Of a DNA stretch of 64,000 bases, positions 1 through 13,136 are shown in pieces. The notes beneath the pieces are model-generated. The model was not told the DNA's origin and did not search any database. It was given only the letters and a program-made list of their open reading frames with translations. Every line of letters begins with the position of its first letter. Position 1 is the stretch's first letter. The DNA comes from Rozella allomycis CSF55 (taxonomy: Eukaryota): the NCBI GenBank assembly GCA_000442015.1, contig KE561300.1, forward strand, positions 1 to 64,000, in the 5' to 3' direction. The position numbers and the translations under genes were made by a program.

Positions 1-668
1 GAAGCATTATTTAATGAATCTTTAGGAATTAAAGTTCGTCTTCTTGGAATAGTCATCATAGATGCAGTTGAAGGTTTAAACTTATTAAGAATTATAAATA
101 GGTACAGCGATGGAAGCTTTACCATCGATGATGGATTTCCTTAGGAAAAGGCCTCAGAAATTTAATTCAATTGACGAGGCTGTTTCATGGAGGTATCAAT
201 TTTCGATAGAATGAATTATTGTATTTCATCAAAGACTGTTTTAAATATTGATTCCGCAAAAATATCAATCCCATCGCAATTAATTCAACAGCCAGGTTGT
301 GATTGGTACACATGGAGGACCAACCTGAAATTAACAGAGTCTTTCTGGAAAGGTATAATTAAGTATCATATTTTATAGGATGGTTTGAAGGGCTGTCTTC
401 AAAGTTTCTGTCGATTAAAGCGGCCAAATTGTTAATACTTGCCGGGACAGATAGAATAGATAAAACCTTAATGATTGGACAAATGCAAGGTATTTAATCT
501 TCTATTATAAAGAAAGGAAAATTTCAAATAATCATGCTGCCCCAGTCAGGACATTGCATCCAGGAAGATTTTCCGGAGAAAGTAGCGGATGCATTGTCAA
601 CATTTTATAATCGAAATAAAAGATTAGTACTTCCTCCCAAAGTAGTAATTCCAAATAAAACGACATGA
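1..668 (+). CDS. PPME1: Protein phosphatase methylesterase 1, 3' part (5' end outside window; 4 tiny introns)
   Basis: Spliced translation IDAVEG/TAMEALPSM..FLRKRP, YTWRTNL, WFEGLSSKFL, LLILAGTDRIDKNLMIGQMQG/KFQ..GHCIQED matches PME-1 motifs. Introns at 74-101, 193-221, 353-378, 490-516. Confidence 0.92.
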
Positions 669-677
669 ATACATTTA

Positions 678-2230
678 TTAAAAGAATCCTTTCTTCCCTG
701 GCTTCAGCCTTTTGCTTTGTTTCTGGTTAAAGTTTCTATTTTCGTCAATTATTTCATCCTCCTCGACATAAAATAATCCAAGCATTCCCACATTTATGAC
801 AGAGTCTTTATTTTTCTTTTCTGCGTTTCCCGATTGCAAAACATGCTTAGTCAACTTCTTAATGTTTAAACGGCTCAACAAATTCATCAATCGACCTATA
901 GAACCTTTATATAAATTCAATTGGATGTTAAGGTTTGACAAGTCACGTTTAACAGACTTAAAATTTGAGAAAGGAACTGTTGAACCGATTGGAATTTTAA
1001 CCTTGGCAGTAAAGGAGGGCAAACGTCTGCTTTTGGTCGCAGTGTCAAAAACTACGCAATCAAATAATTCAAAATGAAGCAGATTTCTGCAATGAAAGAG
1101 AATAGAATCGATTGTTGATACGGTGACAATACATCTGGAGAGAACAATCTTTGCAAAAGTGGCTCTCAATGGAACATCTTCAAATCTTATGTAACAATCA
1201 TTAAGAGTGAAAACATTCACCTTTTGGAATAAATTATGATTAAAGTTTGAAAGATTGAAAACTTCATAACTCGAAATTGATGGATCGATTCCTTCAAATT
1301 CAATAAAATCCTGATTGGGCATTAAGTTTTCTGTTTTCAAAATATCTAACATCGTGAAAGGAAAGAAAACTTACTCATCCATTCATTATAAAGAGTAATT
1401 GGTTTTTCAACATTTTCAAACTGTTTAGATTGAAGAATGATGCTGCCAACAAAGTTAAAGTTTGAATTTAAATTTTCCAGGAGCTCATTAAACAGTAAAT
1501 TTCTATAGTTTGTAACGAAGAGCTCAGCAACTCTATATCCCTTTACATTCTTTATACAATCCACATGGCACAATAGATTGCGTATAGAATGAACATAGAC
1601 ATTATTTTTCAAATTTTCAATAAACATATCATTTGCAAAGATCTTCAATTGCATTTCACACAAGTTGTAAAACAAAATTTGAAATCTCGATGTTTCGCTG
1701 TGGTCATCTAACCGTACCGGATTCTTGATAACGACAGAATTCACATTGGTAAGAGATTTAACAATAGGTATTTCGTTTCTTGAAATGCATAACTCACTGC
1801 GCATACTTTTAATATTTATGATCAACTTTGTCACCCCTTGAATGATGGATGAGGAGCACTTTAAAAGAAACCACATGCCATCGAATAGATTATGGATATG
1901 CAATTCAGGGACATTAAAATCAACGTTTGATCTCCTAAGCTCTTTCAAGAATACCAATAGCTCCTTTTCAGAAATAACTTTCTGTAGAGAAGAAGATAAA
2001 GGTCTAAATTTTAATAAGCTATTCCAAGCGCTATTTTCCTCGTGTCTATTTCTATATTCATCTTCGTCTAGATAGAAGGGAATGAAAGGGATGCTCGACA
2101 ACAGTTTGTGAAATCTTTTACAAGATCTGGATAGAGTAGACCACGTAGGTGCAGCGAATGTCTTGTCTTGGTCGACAGATATGGTGAAAATCTGGCATAA
2201 AATTTCGTCAGGAAGATTCTGCAATTTCAT
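678..2230 (-). CDS. F-box protein with LRR-like C-terminus (two ORFs joined by a ~29-nt intron at ~1346-1374)
   Basis: N-terminal LQNLPDEILCQIF...LSRSCKRFHKLL is an F-box. GTAAGT...TTAG intron on the minus strand links ORFs 1346-2230 and 678-1352. Confidence 0.7.
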
Positions 2231-2329
2231 GTACCCTGAATTTCAAGTTTTTGGTTTCTAATCTAAACCAATGTCCAATAATAATTTTGCTAGATTTCAA
2301 AATTATATAAAGGGAAAGTGACAAAAGAG

Positions 2330-5300
2330 ATGGAAAAAGTAAATTTCCCCAAAATGACGTTTAAACTTTTGAATACTTTTTCACTTGAAGAGTTTGACTG
2401 GAAAGTGAAGCAGTTTGCGCACGAGAAATACGGTCTTAAAATAGTTATTATTGATCTTCCTGGTAAGAGTGTATTTGTAGGGTGAAATAGCACCTACGGT
2501 GAATGGTCACTTTGTACTGGCCACCGAAGCTCATGACGACGATGGATGCCCACATGTTTTAGAACATTTGGTGTTTTTGGGAAGTCATACTTATCCCTAT
2601 AAGGGTGTTTTAGACTCTATTGCGAATAGATCGTTCGCGCAGGGTACCAATGCGTGGACTGATACAGGTAATATATTTTTTAAAACATAAATAGACCATA
2701 CGTGTTATACGGTAATAAGTTAAAATCAAAGGCACTAGATTGCCACAGCAGGTTCAGAGGGATTTCTGCAGATTCTTCCGGGTACATTTATTTTATAATG
2801 ATGAAGATATAGTTTATTTAGATCATATTTTGTTTCCCACGATAACGGAAGCTGGGTTTTATACCGAGGTCCATCATATTAATGGAAAAGGGCATAATGC
2901 TGGTGTAGTGTATTGTGAAATGCAGGGACGTCAAAATTCGAATGGTGATTTAATCCATCATAAGATGTTGAATCTGTTGTATCCAGAGGGTTGTGGATAT
3001 CGAAGTGAAACTGGAGGAAAAATGGAGAATCTACGCGTTCTTCATGTGAATACTGGTAAGTCTTTTAATATTGTATAAGAGTTCGTGAATACCATAAAAA
3101 GTTTTATAGACCAGAGAATCTGAATGTTATAATTACAGGAAAGGTTGAAGAGGAAAAGTTGTTTGAAAAATTGCAACCATTGATTGAGCAGCTGGATGCT
3201 AAATACAGGGATTGTATTCCGGAATATCAGAGGCCGTGGATTGAATCGGGTGACATTCCTGACTTGAAAGAGAATATTGTGGAAACGCTGAACTTTCCAG
3301 ATGAGGATGAGAGTGTTGGAACTGTTGTTATTGGATGGCATGGATGGGGATATAAAGAGCATTTGCTTAAAGTTGCGTTTCAAGCGTTGACGACATATTT
3401 AACTGATTCTGCTGTATCACCCCTTCAGAAGACATTTGTAGAGCTTGAAGAGCCATATTGTTCTGATGTTACATTTGGAACTGTTGAAGCTATAAAGAGT
3501 TCAACTTTTGTAGAGTTTTCAAATGTGCCAGTTGAAAATATTGATGAGATTGAAGAATTGTTGATAGAAACATTGTCAGAAATGGAAATTGACATGGGGA
3601 GAATGCAAACAGTGTTAGAGAGATCAAAGTTGATACTTTTGGAGCAAGTTGAAACAAGCCCACATTCTTCAGCAGCTTTACCGTGTGTTGGTGACTTTTT
3701 GTATGGCGATAGAAATGGAAGTGAATTGGTTGAAGTATTTAGAGATTTGGAATTTACAAATGAATTGATGAATTGGCAAAAAGAAAATTGGAAGAATTTG
3801 ATTGAAGAATATTTATTGCAGAGGCCCAGAGTAGTGATAAAGGGAGTGCCATCTAAAGCACATGCTGATCTACTTAGCCACAATGAGAAGACTAGATTGG
3901 AAGAACAAATTAAAGAATTGGGGCCTGAAAAGTTGAATGAGTTGGAAGCGAAATTAGAAGAGTGTAAGAAGATCAATGAGATACCAATTCCACGTGAAGT
4001 TTTTGGTAATTCGTGATTTATGTAAATGAAGATTAGATAAATTTGTTGTACCGAAAATAAAAGATATAAAAATGCATAAAACAATTGCTGGATCTATTCC
4101 AGATATTTACGGATTGAAGAATGACTTACAAGAGAGATTAAACAATGAGGTGTTGGAATGTGAATTGCCATTTGCTTCTATTCAATTTGATTGTAAATAA
4201 ATAAATTTGAATAAATAAAGCGACATCAACAAAGTTTGTTGATATTTCTATTGGATTTGAAACAGGGCATTTGACAGGGGAAGAAAGATTGTACTTGGAA
4301 ATATTTTTAGATTTATTTTTTGAAGTTGACGTTGAAGATGGAAATGAAATTATTGATTATGAAACTGTAATTGAAAACTTACAAAAGGAAACTGTTTCAT
4401 ATGCAACCAGCTGTGGTTTAAATGGTGACGCTGATTTCTCTTGTGGTGATTTCGCTGATTTTGTTGTTTTAACAATTAAGGGATCTGTAAAATTATTTTA
4501 ATGATTAAAAAAGATTGAAAAATATGAAAAATTGATTTATTGGATGAAAATGCTTTTATTCCATTCAAAATATTCTTCAGAGAGAATTATGATTTCTGCT
4601 CAGAAAATTATCAATGAAATTCCAGAATACAAAAGAGATGCAATGAAAATTATTTCAACAGCTCAAACACTTTTTCATTACATTGCAGATTCAAATCAAT
4701 CAGCAGTTTCCCTTTTCAAACAAGATTCATTCGCTAAGACTGTTTCTTCTAATATCAAAAATGACGCTTCAGTAGTCGAGGATGCTTTCAATGCTTTTGT
4801 TAGGAAAAGTAATCATTTAAAGATAAATTAAAATAGTCGTATCACCTGAGAGAATGATGGTTTACATTGTAGCTGACCATTCAAAGTTAAATGAAATAGT
4901 TAAACCCTGGTCCAGACAATTTCCTAATTTAAATTCTCCAATCAAATTAGATTTAAATAACATTCCAAGATCACAATTAAAACTCTCTGAATTTGGCAAA
5001 GATCTTGGAAATAGATCATTCTTAATAAAGATGCCCAGCATCGAAAGCACTTATGCTATACACGTATGCAACGGCCCTTCAGACTATAACGATCCAGATA
5101 TTCCAGCTCTTTTGGTTCTTCACGAATATCTTTCAACAATGGAAGGTCCATTCTGGAAACAAATCAGAGGACAAGGACTGGCATACTCTTGTTCTATCAA
5201 CGTTTCGACGGAGGCCGGCAACATCAAATTTACAATATATCGAGCCCCAGATGCTTTCAAGGCTTTTAACGCTGCAAAACAAATTCTGTTAGACATTGCA

Positions 5301-5680
5301 GCTGATCCTTTGAACCAACTAGATGATTTCGCTATTGAATCCACCAAAAGCTCAGTCTTGTTTGGATTCATTGCTTCCCAAGAGACTCAAAGTCAAGCAG
5401 TAATTAATCCTTTTAATCTTTATAGGCGTTCCAAGCATTTGTGGACAGAGTATTAAAAAAGAGAGATCTTGCTAAATTCATGGCTGCAATTCAAAATGTA
5501 ACAAAGGAGGATATGGCCCGTGTTCTTAAAAAGTATACTTTGAATTTATTTGATTCGAACTCTTCGGATTGTTTTGTTGCTTCTACTCCTAACATGTTTA
5601 GTGAATCTATTGATGCATACAAATCATTCGGCTTTGACGTTAAATCTTATGATAAAATTGAAGATCTTGCTTCTCTATAA
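2330..5680 (+). CDS. M16 (insulinase/pitrilysin-like) zinc metallopeptidase, multi-exon
   Basis: Inverted zinc motif HVLEH in DDGCPHVLEHLVFLGS; TNAWT, GVVYCEMQG and IRGQGLAY motifs. Start is ATG 2330 or in-frame ATG 2354. Confidence 0.9.
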
Positions 5681-5814
5681 ACCAATAAATTAATTTAAAT
5701 GAGTCCTTTTTTCATTTAGTCTTTCTGGATTGGTCCGATTGGATTGATTTTTCTCAGTGTAATGTTTTTTTCGCGGGTAACGAATGATTGTCTGTTTATG
5801 TTCCTTTTACCTCC

Positions 5815-8115
5815 ATGACAACTATTGATTCATCCCCTAAGATTGAAAAGGTCACATCAGATAAACTGCCAAACCACTCAAACGGTCTATGATCCTAGCT
5901 AGCTGAATGGACGAACGGGCGCGCAATATCTTTTTAGCAAATTCCGAAATTTCAAGAATATTTGGCTCGAATGCAATCCAAATTAGAATCGATTATTCTT
6001 CAGGAAAAAGTCTTGGAAGAGTCAATAAACCATAAGATTAGTAAAATCCGCGACTTGGAGAAAGAAATATCAAATCATTTCGAGTACAAAATTGACAAAT
6101 ATAATAAAGGAAACTGGACGAGTTTAAAGTTGATCAAGATTTGCTGAATAAAATTCTGATAGACACGAAAAAAGATACCAATAGCTCTGTCGAGCCTATG
6201 CGCCTATTGCACCAGGAATTAGTAAATTGGTACTCTTCGAATGATAGACTAGAATTAAGAGTTTGCGAGCTAATTATAAACTAATTTTACAGACAGATGT
6301 ACAATTTAATATTTTTAGAGATAGGAATGTGTACAAAGGGTATTATCGAGTGTTGAAGAGTACGATTTAAATCTTGCAAAGGCTATTGGACATCTTTTAA
6401 GATTGGAAGAAAGAGTGTTTCAAGTTTACTGTTGTATAAAATCATTTGATCCAAGATCGCTCGACGAGACTATTAATAAATTGTGTGTTGAATTGAAAAA
6501 GAAGTACAAATCCAGGGTAGATTTGGAATCAGTTGAGGTTCATTATGAACTTGAAGAATTTGAGATTGGAAATTCGCTGCTTTGTGAATATTGTTGTAAT
6601 TTGATAATGGAAGGAAAGTCTCTTGAAGAATTTAGTGGAATTGAAAAGATGATTGAAATGATAGACAAGGTGAAAGAAAACTGGGAAGAAATATCTAAAA
6701 TTATAAGAGAGAGATCAATAAAATATTATGATATTGTGCAAAAAATGATAATTGAGAAATTTCAAGCTCGGATGATTAAAGTTATTGACAAGGAAGTTAA
6801 AGACAGGGGATACTTTAGTCTATCGTCTAACATTGAAAAACAAATTTCGTCAAAAGAATTCGATATTAAAACTTATGATTTAAAAGCTGTTGATGGTATT
6901 TTAACCAGGGTTGTTCAGTTCATTAGCATTATTCTATCTTTTAGAGCTAATTTTTACAAAGTAAGAATTTATGATATTTATTATTGATATTCAAACAAGA
7001 TTTATGTATTGAAAGTGCTAAATTTAGCGATGAATTGAATGGCATATATTTCCAGTTAGAAAACATTTATGTAGACCTTTGTATGCAAAAAGTAATAAAT
7101 TCATTTTTATTTTTAATTGGCAATGAGTGTCGAAGAATATGACCAGGAATCGTTTTTGTCCACCGCTTGTGACGATTGCCATTTTATCTTTAATAGAAGT
7201 TTTCAAAGAACTTTAATGACTGGCAATTCTGAAACAATTTACAAATGTTTCAAATCATTTTTAAAATCATTTGTGACGATTGCCGTTAATCAATACGAAA
7301 GAAGTTTATCAAAGGCTGAAATGTTGGTTGAACCAAATTCAGAGTTTACAGTATGAATTTCAATTAATGATCTTGTAGAAAAATTTTAATAATATCTTTC
7401 AATGTCTAAAAATCATGCAAAATTTACAGAAAAGAATTTCCAATGATCCAGATTTGAAAACAGTTCGATTGTTTCAACCCTTGCATTCAAATGTTTCTTC
7501 ATTGGAAGAAATCAAATCTAAAATGGTCGCCTCATGCAGTCAAATCGTTGAAGCTTTAAAGAAACACGTTCATAAAATTTCTTTTGCTATTCTTGAGCAC
7601 TTTATCTTTTCTAATCACTCTCAATTAGATATCTTAGAAATGACAAAGCATTGCATTCAACAAATTTCAAAGCTAAAAGTACTTTTTACAATTGTTTGTG
7701 TATAGAATTTATTTGAAAATAGTTTGGTGGAAAGACTAACGATAGATTCAATGGAAAGGCTATGTCAGACATTGGAATTGACCGTTCTGTCTACTAAATG
7801 GGATTATGTAAACATTCGATTCTTTTAAAATAGAATTCAGCTATTAAATTTTACAATACGTATTCTGACATTATTGATTTGATTCAAGAAAACTATGGTT
7901 TTCAATTCAAACAACTTTATTCTAAACTAAACCAAATGATGTTGATACTGACAATCGAAAAGGTAATAAATAATTTGCTTTATTTATAGTACACTGATAT
8001 AGTTGATCTGGTCCCTTTGAAAGACAACGGCATTGATGTTTCACCTGAAATTGTCACGTCAATTTTGGAACAACGAACAGACTTTGATTCTAATTACACA
8101 ATAAAAATTTATTAA
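5815..8115 (+). CDS. COG4: Conserved oligomeric Golgi complex subunit 4 (divergent), multi-exon
   Basis: Spliced LNGIYFQLENIYVDLCMQK/AMSVEEYD..STACDDCHFIFNRSFQR and C-terminal YSKLNQMMLILTIEK..VSPEIVTSILEQRTDF resemble COG4 signature segments. Confidence 0.7.
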
Positions 8116-8181
8116 CTTTTATATTATGTAGAAAGCAAAATATTTCCATGCTATGAAATGTAAACATCAATATTCCGTAAA

Positions 8182-11100
8182 ATGCCTTACATTCAAGGCC
8201 CTTGTTCTGCATCCGATTTCTTAAATAGCCTCAAGTTTCAAGCAGAAAATGACAAATACAATTCTTTAGACCTAAGGTATTAATTTGGATTGTTGAATGA
8301 CCAGCTTTATTCAAGACCCTGAAATTGTAAAGACTAGACTTTCAGCTGCCAAAAATACAAAGTACATATCCTTGAGCAATTCTAAATTCAATGATAGCGC
8401 ATTGGAACTAATTTCCTGCCAGGGAGAGTCCATTCGAACTCTGGACCTCAGTGGCACGGATACTAAAAGAATCACAATTAATCTCTCTAATCTTCAATTC
8501 TTGGCTGAACTAAATCTATCGAAAAATAGGATTTCAGAGCTGCCCAAAGAATTAGTATACCTTGAAAACTTGAAAAAGCTGAGCATTGCAAAATGTGCAT
8601 TTGAGTCACTATCATTTCAACAATTCGAGAAATTAAAGGCATTGACTCATTTGGATGTTAGGTAAATTTATAGAAAATTGAAAAAAAGTTTCAATCGTAT
8701 ACAATGTTTACCTGATAATTTCAATTTACCTCATTTGGTCAATTTAAACGCTCGCGGAAATCAACTTACATGTATTCCTAACAGCATAAAGCATCTTAAA
8801 TGTCTGATTAAAGTATTCGAACGTTTTTTAGTTTAATTAGCTTGATCTATCAAAAAATGATATCGTTGAATTTGAACCTATCATCTGGCGAAACCAATCC
8901 ATCCAAATTTTAAATCTCTCTGAAAATAAAATAAAAAATATAAGATTTCCTGAAGATACTCATGGGATAAAAGCTTTGATACTAAAAGGAAACTTGATTG
9001 AAGAGATCCCTTTAGGTATTACCAAAACCCCACAATTAAACATTTTGGATATGCGCAGAGTATAAAATTTATAGTTATAATATAGAATAATCTTAAAACT
9101 ATAGCTTCTGGTATGTTTCATTAATTTGCTTTGATAGATATTTGCAAGTCAAATTTAAGTTCTTTAATTCTTGACACATTCAAGTTTTTTGATTGTCCGC
9201 CATCCAAAGTTGCTGAACAAGGTTTAGAAGCAATTAAGGACTATTTTAAAATGCTTGAAGCTCAAATTCATGAAGAAAATGGGATACATGTTGAGTTTAC
9301 TATTGACGATCCTTTAAGCCAAAATGCAAATAAATTTGAAGCATCAATAGAGAAGGAATGTTCTGTTAAGATATTCCAGGGCAGTGAGAGAATTGTTCTG
9401 CAGGATATTTCATACATTTTGATCAATGAAAATGCAAATGAAAGTAAGTAAGCAGATATTTTGACATAGGCCAAATATTATTACCGATAGTCAATAATGA
9501 TACTTCCACAGTAATTCTGAATCTATCTAAAACTGGGAAATATTCAATTCATGCCCAATTGGATGGAAAAGATATCAACGGAAGTCCTTGTGAATTTTTT
9601 GTGAAACCAACTGTTATCGATCATTCAAATTCTAAGATACATGTTTTGACGCCTACCATAAAGGCCGGTGACCGTGTCGATATTCAGCTTGATATAAAAG
9701 ATAAGCTTGGGAATCTACTTGATGCGACGCATATTGACAATAATGATCTTGAGATTGTACTAGTGAACAAATCTCGTGAGTTAAGGCTCAATGTAAGAGT
9801 GAGATGGTGCTTTTATAGGGACAAATTTTCCAAAAGAATGACAAGGTGATAGTTTCAGATAAAGTCACCATTATTGGAACATACAAGCTACATGTCAAAT
9901 ACCAATCCTTTGAAGCTATTTCTTCTCTTGAAGTTACTGCAGGTAGAAGGTTATAGATTCGGTAACGTAGGCAATTGCTGTCATGTTCATTCATTTTGTG
10001 AAATTGACAATGACTATGATACGTTGAACCATGATGGTTTAAAAGTTTACATAAATATGCGTGATGAATACGACAACGTGGCTGAATGTTCTCCTTCGAA
10101 CCTAAAAATACGAATCATCAAGGCTGATGGAGAGTACCTTTTCTAGTATGTATTTAACTATAGAATATCTTATGGTATTGTCAACCGTCAAGTGGATTTG
10201 GGTAAATATGAAGCAAATGTTTATCTGACGGGATCGGGCACTTTGAAAGTAGAAGTTTTACTAAAAACAGGAAATGATGATTTTCTTCATGTCGAAAATA
10301 GTCCCTTTATAGTAGTTGCAAAGGTCAAGAGTGTTGATAATCCATCTTTGAGAATATCAAAAGACAATGTTGGCAATGGAATTCCTACTGAAGCAAGTTT
10401 CCAGTACAAATGCGATAATGATAAATTTCCAGGAATTGTAAATGATCTCTTTGATGATCCTCAAAGACTCTCAACTCCGCCTTTTGCAGCAGCGGTTGTT
10501 GTTCAACTTCTTCTACATCAGAAAAAGAGTTGCGCTTTATTAATATTTGAAAATTTTCTGAAGCTTGTCGCTCGAAAGATAATTGAAAAATACAACACTT
10601 ATCGAAACGAGCCAACTTGGGATCTTTCACTTCAAATGTACAGCTGTGCCCTGTACATTTATGGGAGTATGTTAGAAGCGGCTGAATGCGAAGTTTTCCC
10701 ATCAGACGCCCTTTCAAATTGGTTGGTAGACTTTTTTAAGGTGCTAAAGTCAATGTCAGATGACTTGGTGGAGCGTTTCGCACAAGAGAAAATTAAGAAC
10801 AATAGAAAATATGAATATCTGATTCCCAAATCATCGTTTTTCACCATTCGAAAACTAAATTTTGTTGATTTAGTGAAAAGTTTTGAAGGTTTCATTAAAT
10901 GTATGAAGAGAAATTTTATCTCACAAAATATAAGAGATCAATTAATTACAAATGCTTTAAGAGTGATTGATAATTATCTTTATCAAGAAATAAAGAGCCA
11001 TAAGAAAATATCGACCATCGAAATAAAACAGAACATTGAAGAAATCGTTAGCATTCTAGGAACATTTGATATTAATCTCAAAAGCGAAAATTGTTTTCCA

Positions 11101-11376
11101 ATGGTTCTTGAATTATCAAACTTTAATTTTCTTGCTCAGAATTCAGATATCGCTAAATTGGCGGGAGTTGTTCCCACACTTAAATATCTTGAATTCGATC
11201 CATTCATTCGTTTATTGAAAAGAAATGGATTGTACAATAAGGTACCAAAGTCTATGATTACAGAATTTCAAAAATCTTTTGGAAAAAGAGATACATGTCC
11301 AAATACCTTGCCTATGGAAATAGATACAGATTGCTTTATTAAGGTAGATCCAAAGGACTCAATCACTCTCGTATAA
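8182..11376 (+). CDS. LRR + filamin/Ig-like repeats + probable C-terminal DIL (dilute) domain protein
   Basis: LxxLxLxxN repeats (LAELNLSKNRISELP, LTHLDVSFNRIQCLP); filamin-type ends (DINGSPCEFFV, HVENSPFIV); C-terminal helical region QLITNALRVIDNYLYQEI..IEIKQNIEEI is DIL-like. Confidence 0.7.
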
Positions 11377-11447
11377 CTAAATAAATAAATAAATAAATTT
11401 GATACAATCAAATGTGTTTTATTTGCATATTATTTTAATTTATAAGC

Positions 11448-12939
11448 CTATTTAACATTGTATCTTAGTAGAGAGCCATTTACGGTAGCAGCCCCGAACA
11501 GTACGGTGAAAATTCCCAGAACAATCGCGCATGAAACGTGATTGTCCGCATTATTTCCAAAGGTGGACCAAAGAAATGAAGAAAACGGAGCGGCTAAAAT
11601 ACCGGCGCATTTAGCGATAAATGATATCATGGACATTATTCTACCTCTTTTTGTAACATCTATCAAAGTTGGAGTCCAAGTGTAAAGAACAGTCCAACAT
11701 CCAATGATAAAAAAATATATTAAAGAATTAAAGAAGAAGATTAAATTAGTTTCTTTTGCAAATATCAAACCCAAGCATGACAATGCGCATCCAAATGTGT
11801 TCGCAGCCAACGTCGTGGAATAGGACGCTTTCGTTAAAAATAGCCTTGTTAAAACTAATCCAGGTATTTCAGAGACAGCTAAAACAATATAAAAATCATA
11901 AACACCGGCCATTTCAACACGTCTTTTCATCAAATATGTAGGAATAAATAGGATTAGGCCATAATACGACAAAGTAACTAAAAACCATTGGAGGGCTAAA
12001 GGAAAGAAGACTTTTACATCCTTAAACATTATTTTGCTCTTCTTAACTTCTTTGTTTTGTTTCACGTAAATTGTGCAGTCATCTTGCAACAGACAATCTC
12101 TGCTCATCGTATTGATAACTTTGACAACTTTATTGTGCTTCGATTTAGATAATAAATATCTGGGAGATTCAAATCTAAATAACAATATTCTCAAAAGAAA
12201 AATGCATCCAGATAAAATGGAATATGCAAGCATGTAGTTCCTCCATCCGTATGGCTCAATAATAAGCTTTCCCATTACTCCCACGTAAATCACTATTTTA
12301 AAACTAATGCAATAATACTTCCTGTGATTCCAAATAACATAATGAGAGGGTTTAGGTCCTTAATTTTAGAGCTGGGAGTAAATTCTAAAAAGAATATAAC
12401 ATCATAACTCAAATGTCCACCTTTAGATAAAGATATTGAACCAAGCTACCGAGTGCAATACCAAGAGGGAGCTGTAACGCTAAAAATATGAGGCTGGTAC
12501 TACAAAAGGATATGGAGAGAGAAACTAAAGAAGCTAGCAATACAGGTACGTAAAATACGATGCGTCTACCTTTTCTTGCAATGTCGTTTTCTGTTACCAA
12601 GTCGGTCAGCGACATATCCGAATAGAAAACCTCCTATAACTTGCCCACCGAACAGTAATCCATTCATCCAACTAATCAATGTATTAGAAGGCATTTTGAA
12701 ATCTGTATCCGCAGCAATTAAAGGCGAAGATATCATTCCGATTGTACCCGATGCTTTTTAATATATAATCTCGTTTTACCGAAACCTAATCCACAGAGAC
12801 ATAAGAGAACAACATGGTATCTCTATTGGAAATATATTAACCCATACCTTGATAAATTTATATTATTCATAGTATCTTCAAGATTATAACTGTTATCTTG
12901 GGGTTTTTGAGCTTCTTCGTCTACGACCACCCTATTCAT
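11448..12939 (-). CDS. Major facilitator superfamily transporter (SV2/organic cation-like)
   Basis: Many TM segments; motif-A-like GYVADRLGNRK in the 5' exon region; ESPRYL; LYTWTPTLIDVTKRGRIMS. Confidence 0.85.
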
Positions 12940-13136
12940 TTTGACCGGCAAAAAGAGGTGCAAAGTGGCGCGGCAGGACACAAAAACTACTTTGGCATGT
13001 TTAATCAAGCTCAAAACACTGCAACAAATTTAGAATACCTGTAAATTATAACATAGAAGAATGAATAATTAGAATTACATGAAGGAAAGGGGAATCTTAA
13101 AAAAACATTACCTACCCAGCCACAATTTTTGTGTCC

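Noticed and set aside
5852-5937. Unusually long first COG4 intron candidate as a snoRNA host
   Set aside because: No convincing C/D or H/ACA box pair with a terminal stem, and the exon boundary itself is uncertain.
9185-9260. Roco/LRRK kinase suggested by the post-LRR cap motif
   Set aside because: No Roc P-loop, COR or kinase motifs follow.
11378-11400. (TAAA)n microsatellite
   Set aside because: Short, and adequately explained as stacked poly(A) signals between convergent genes.
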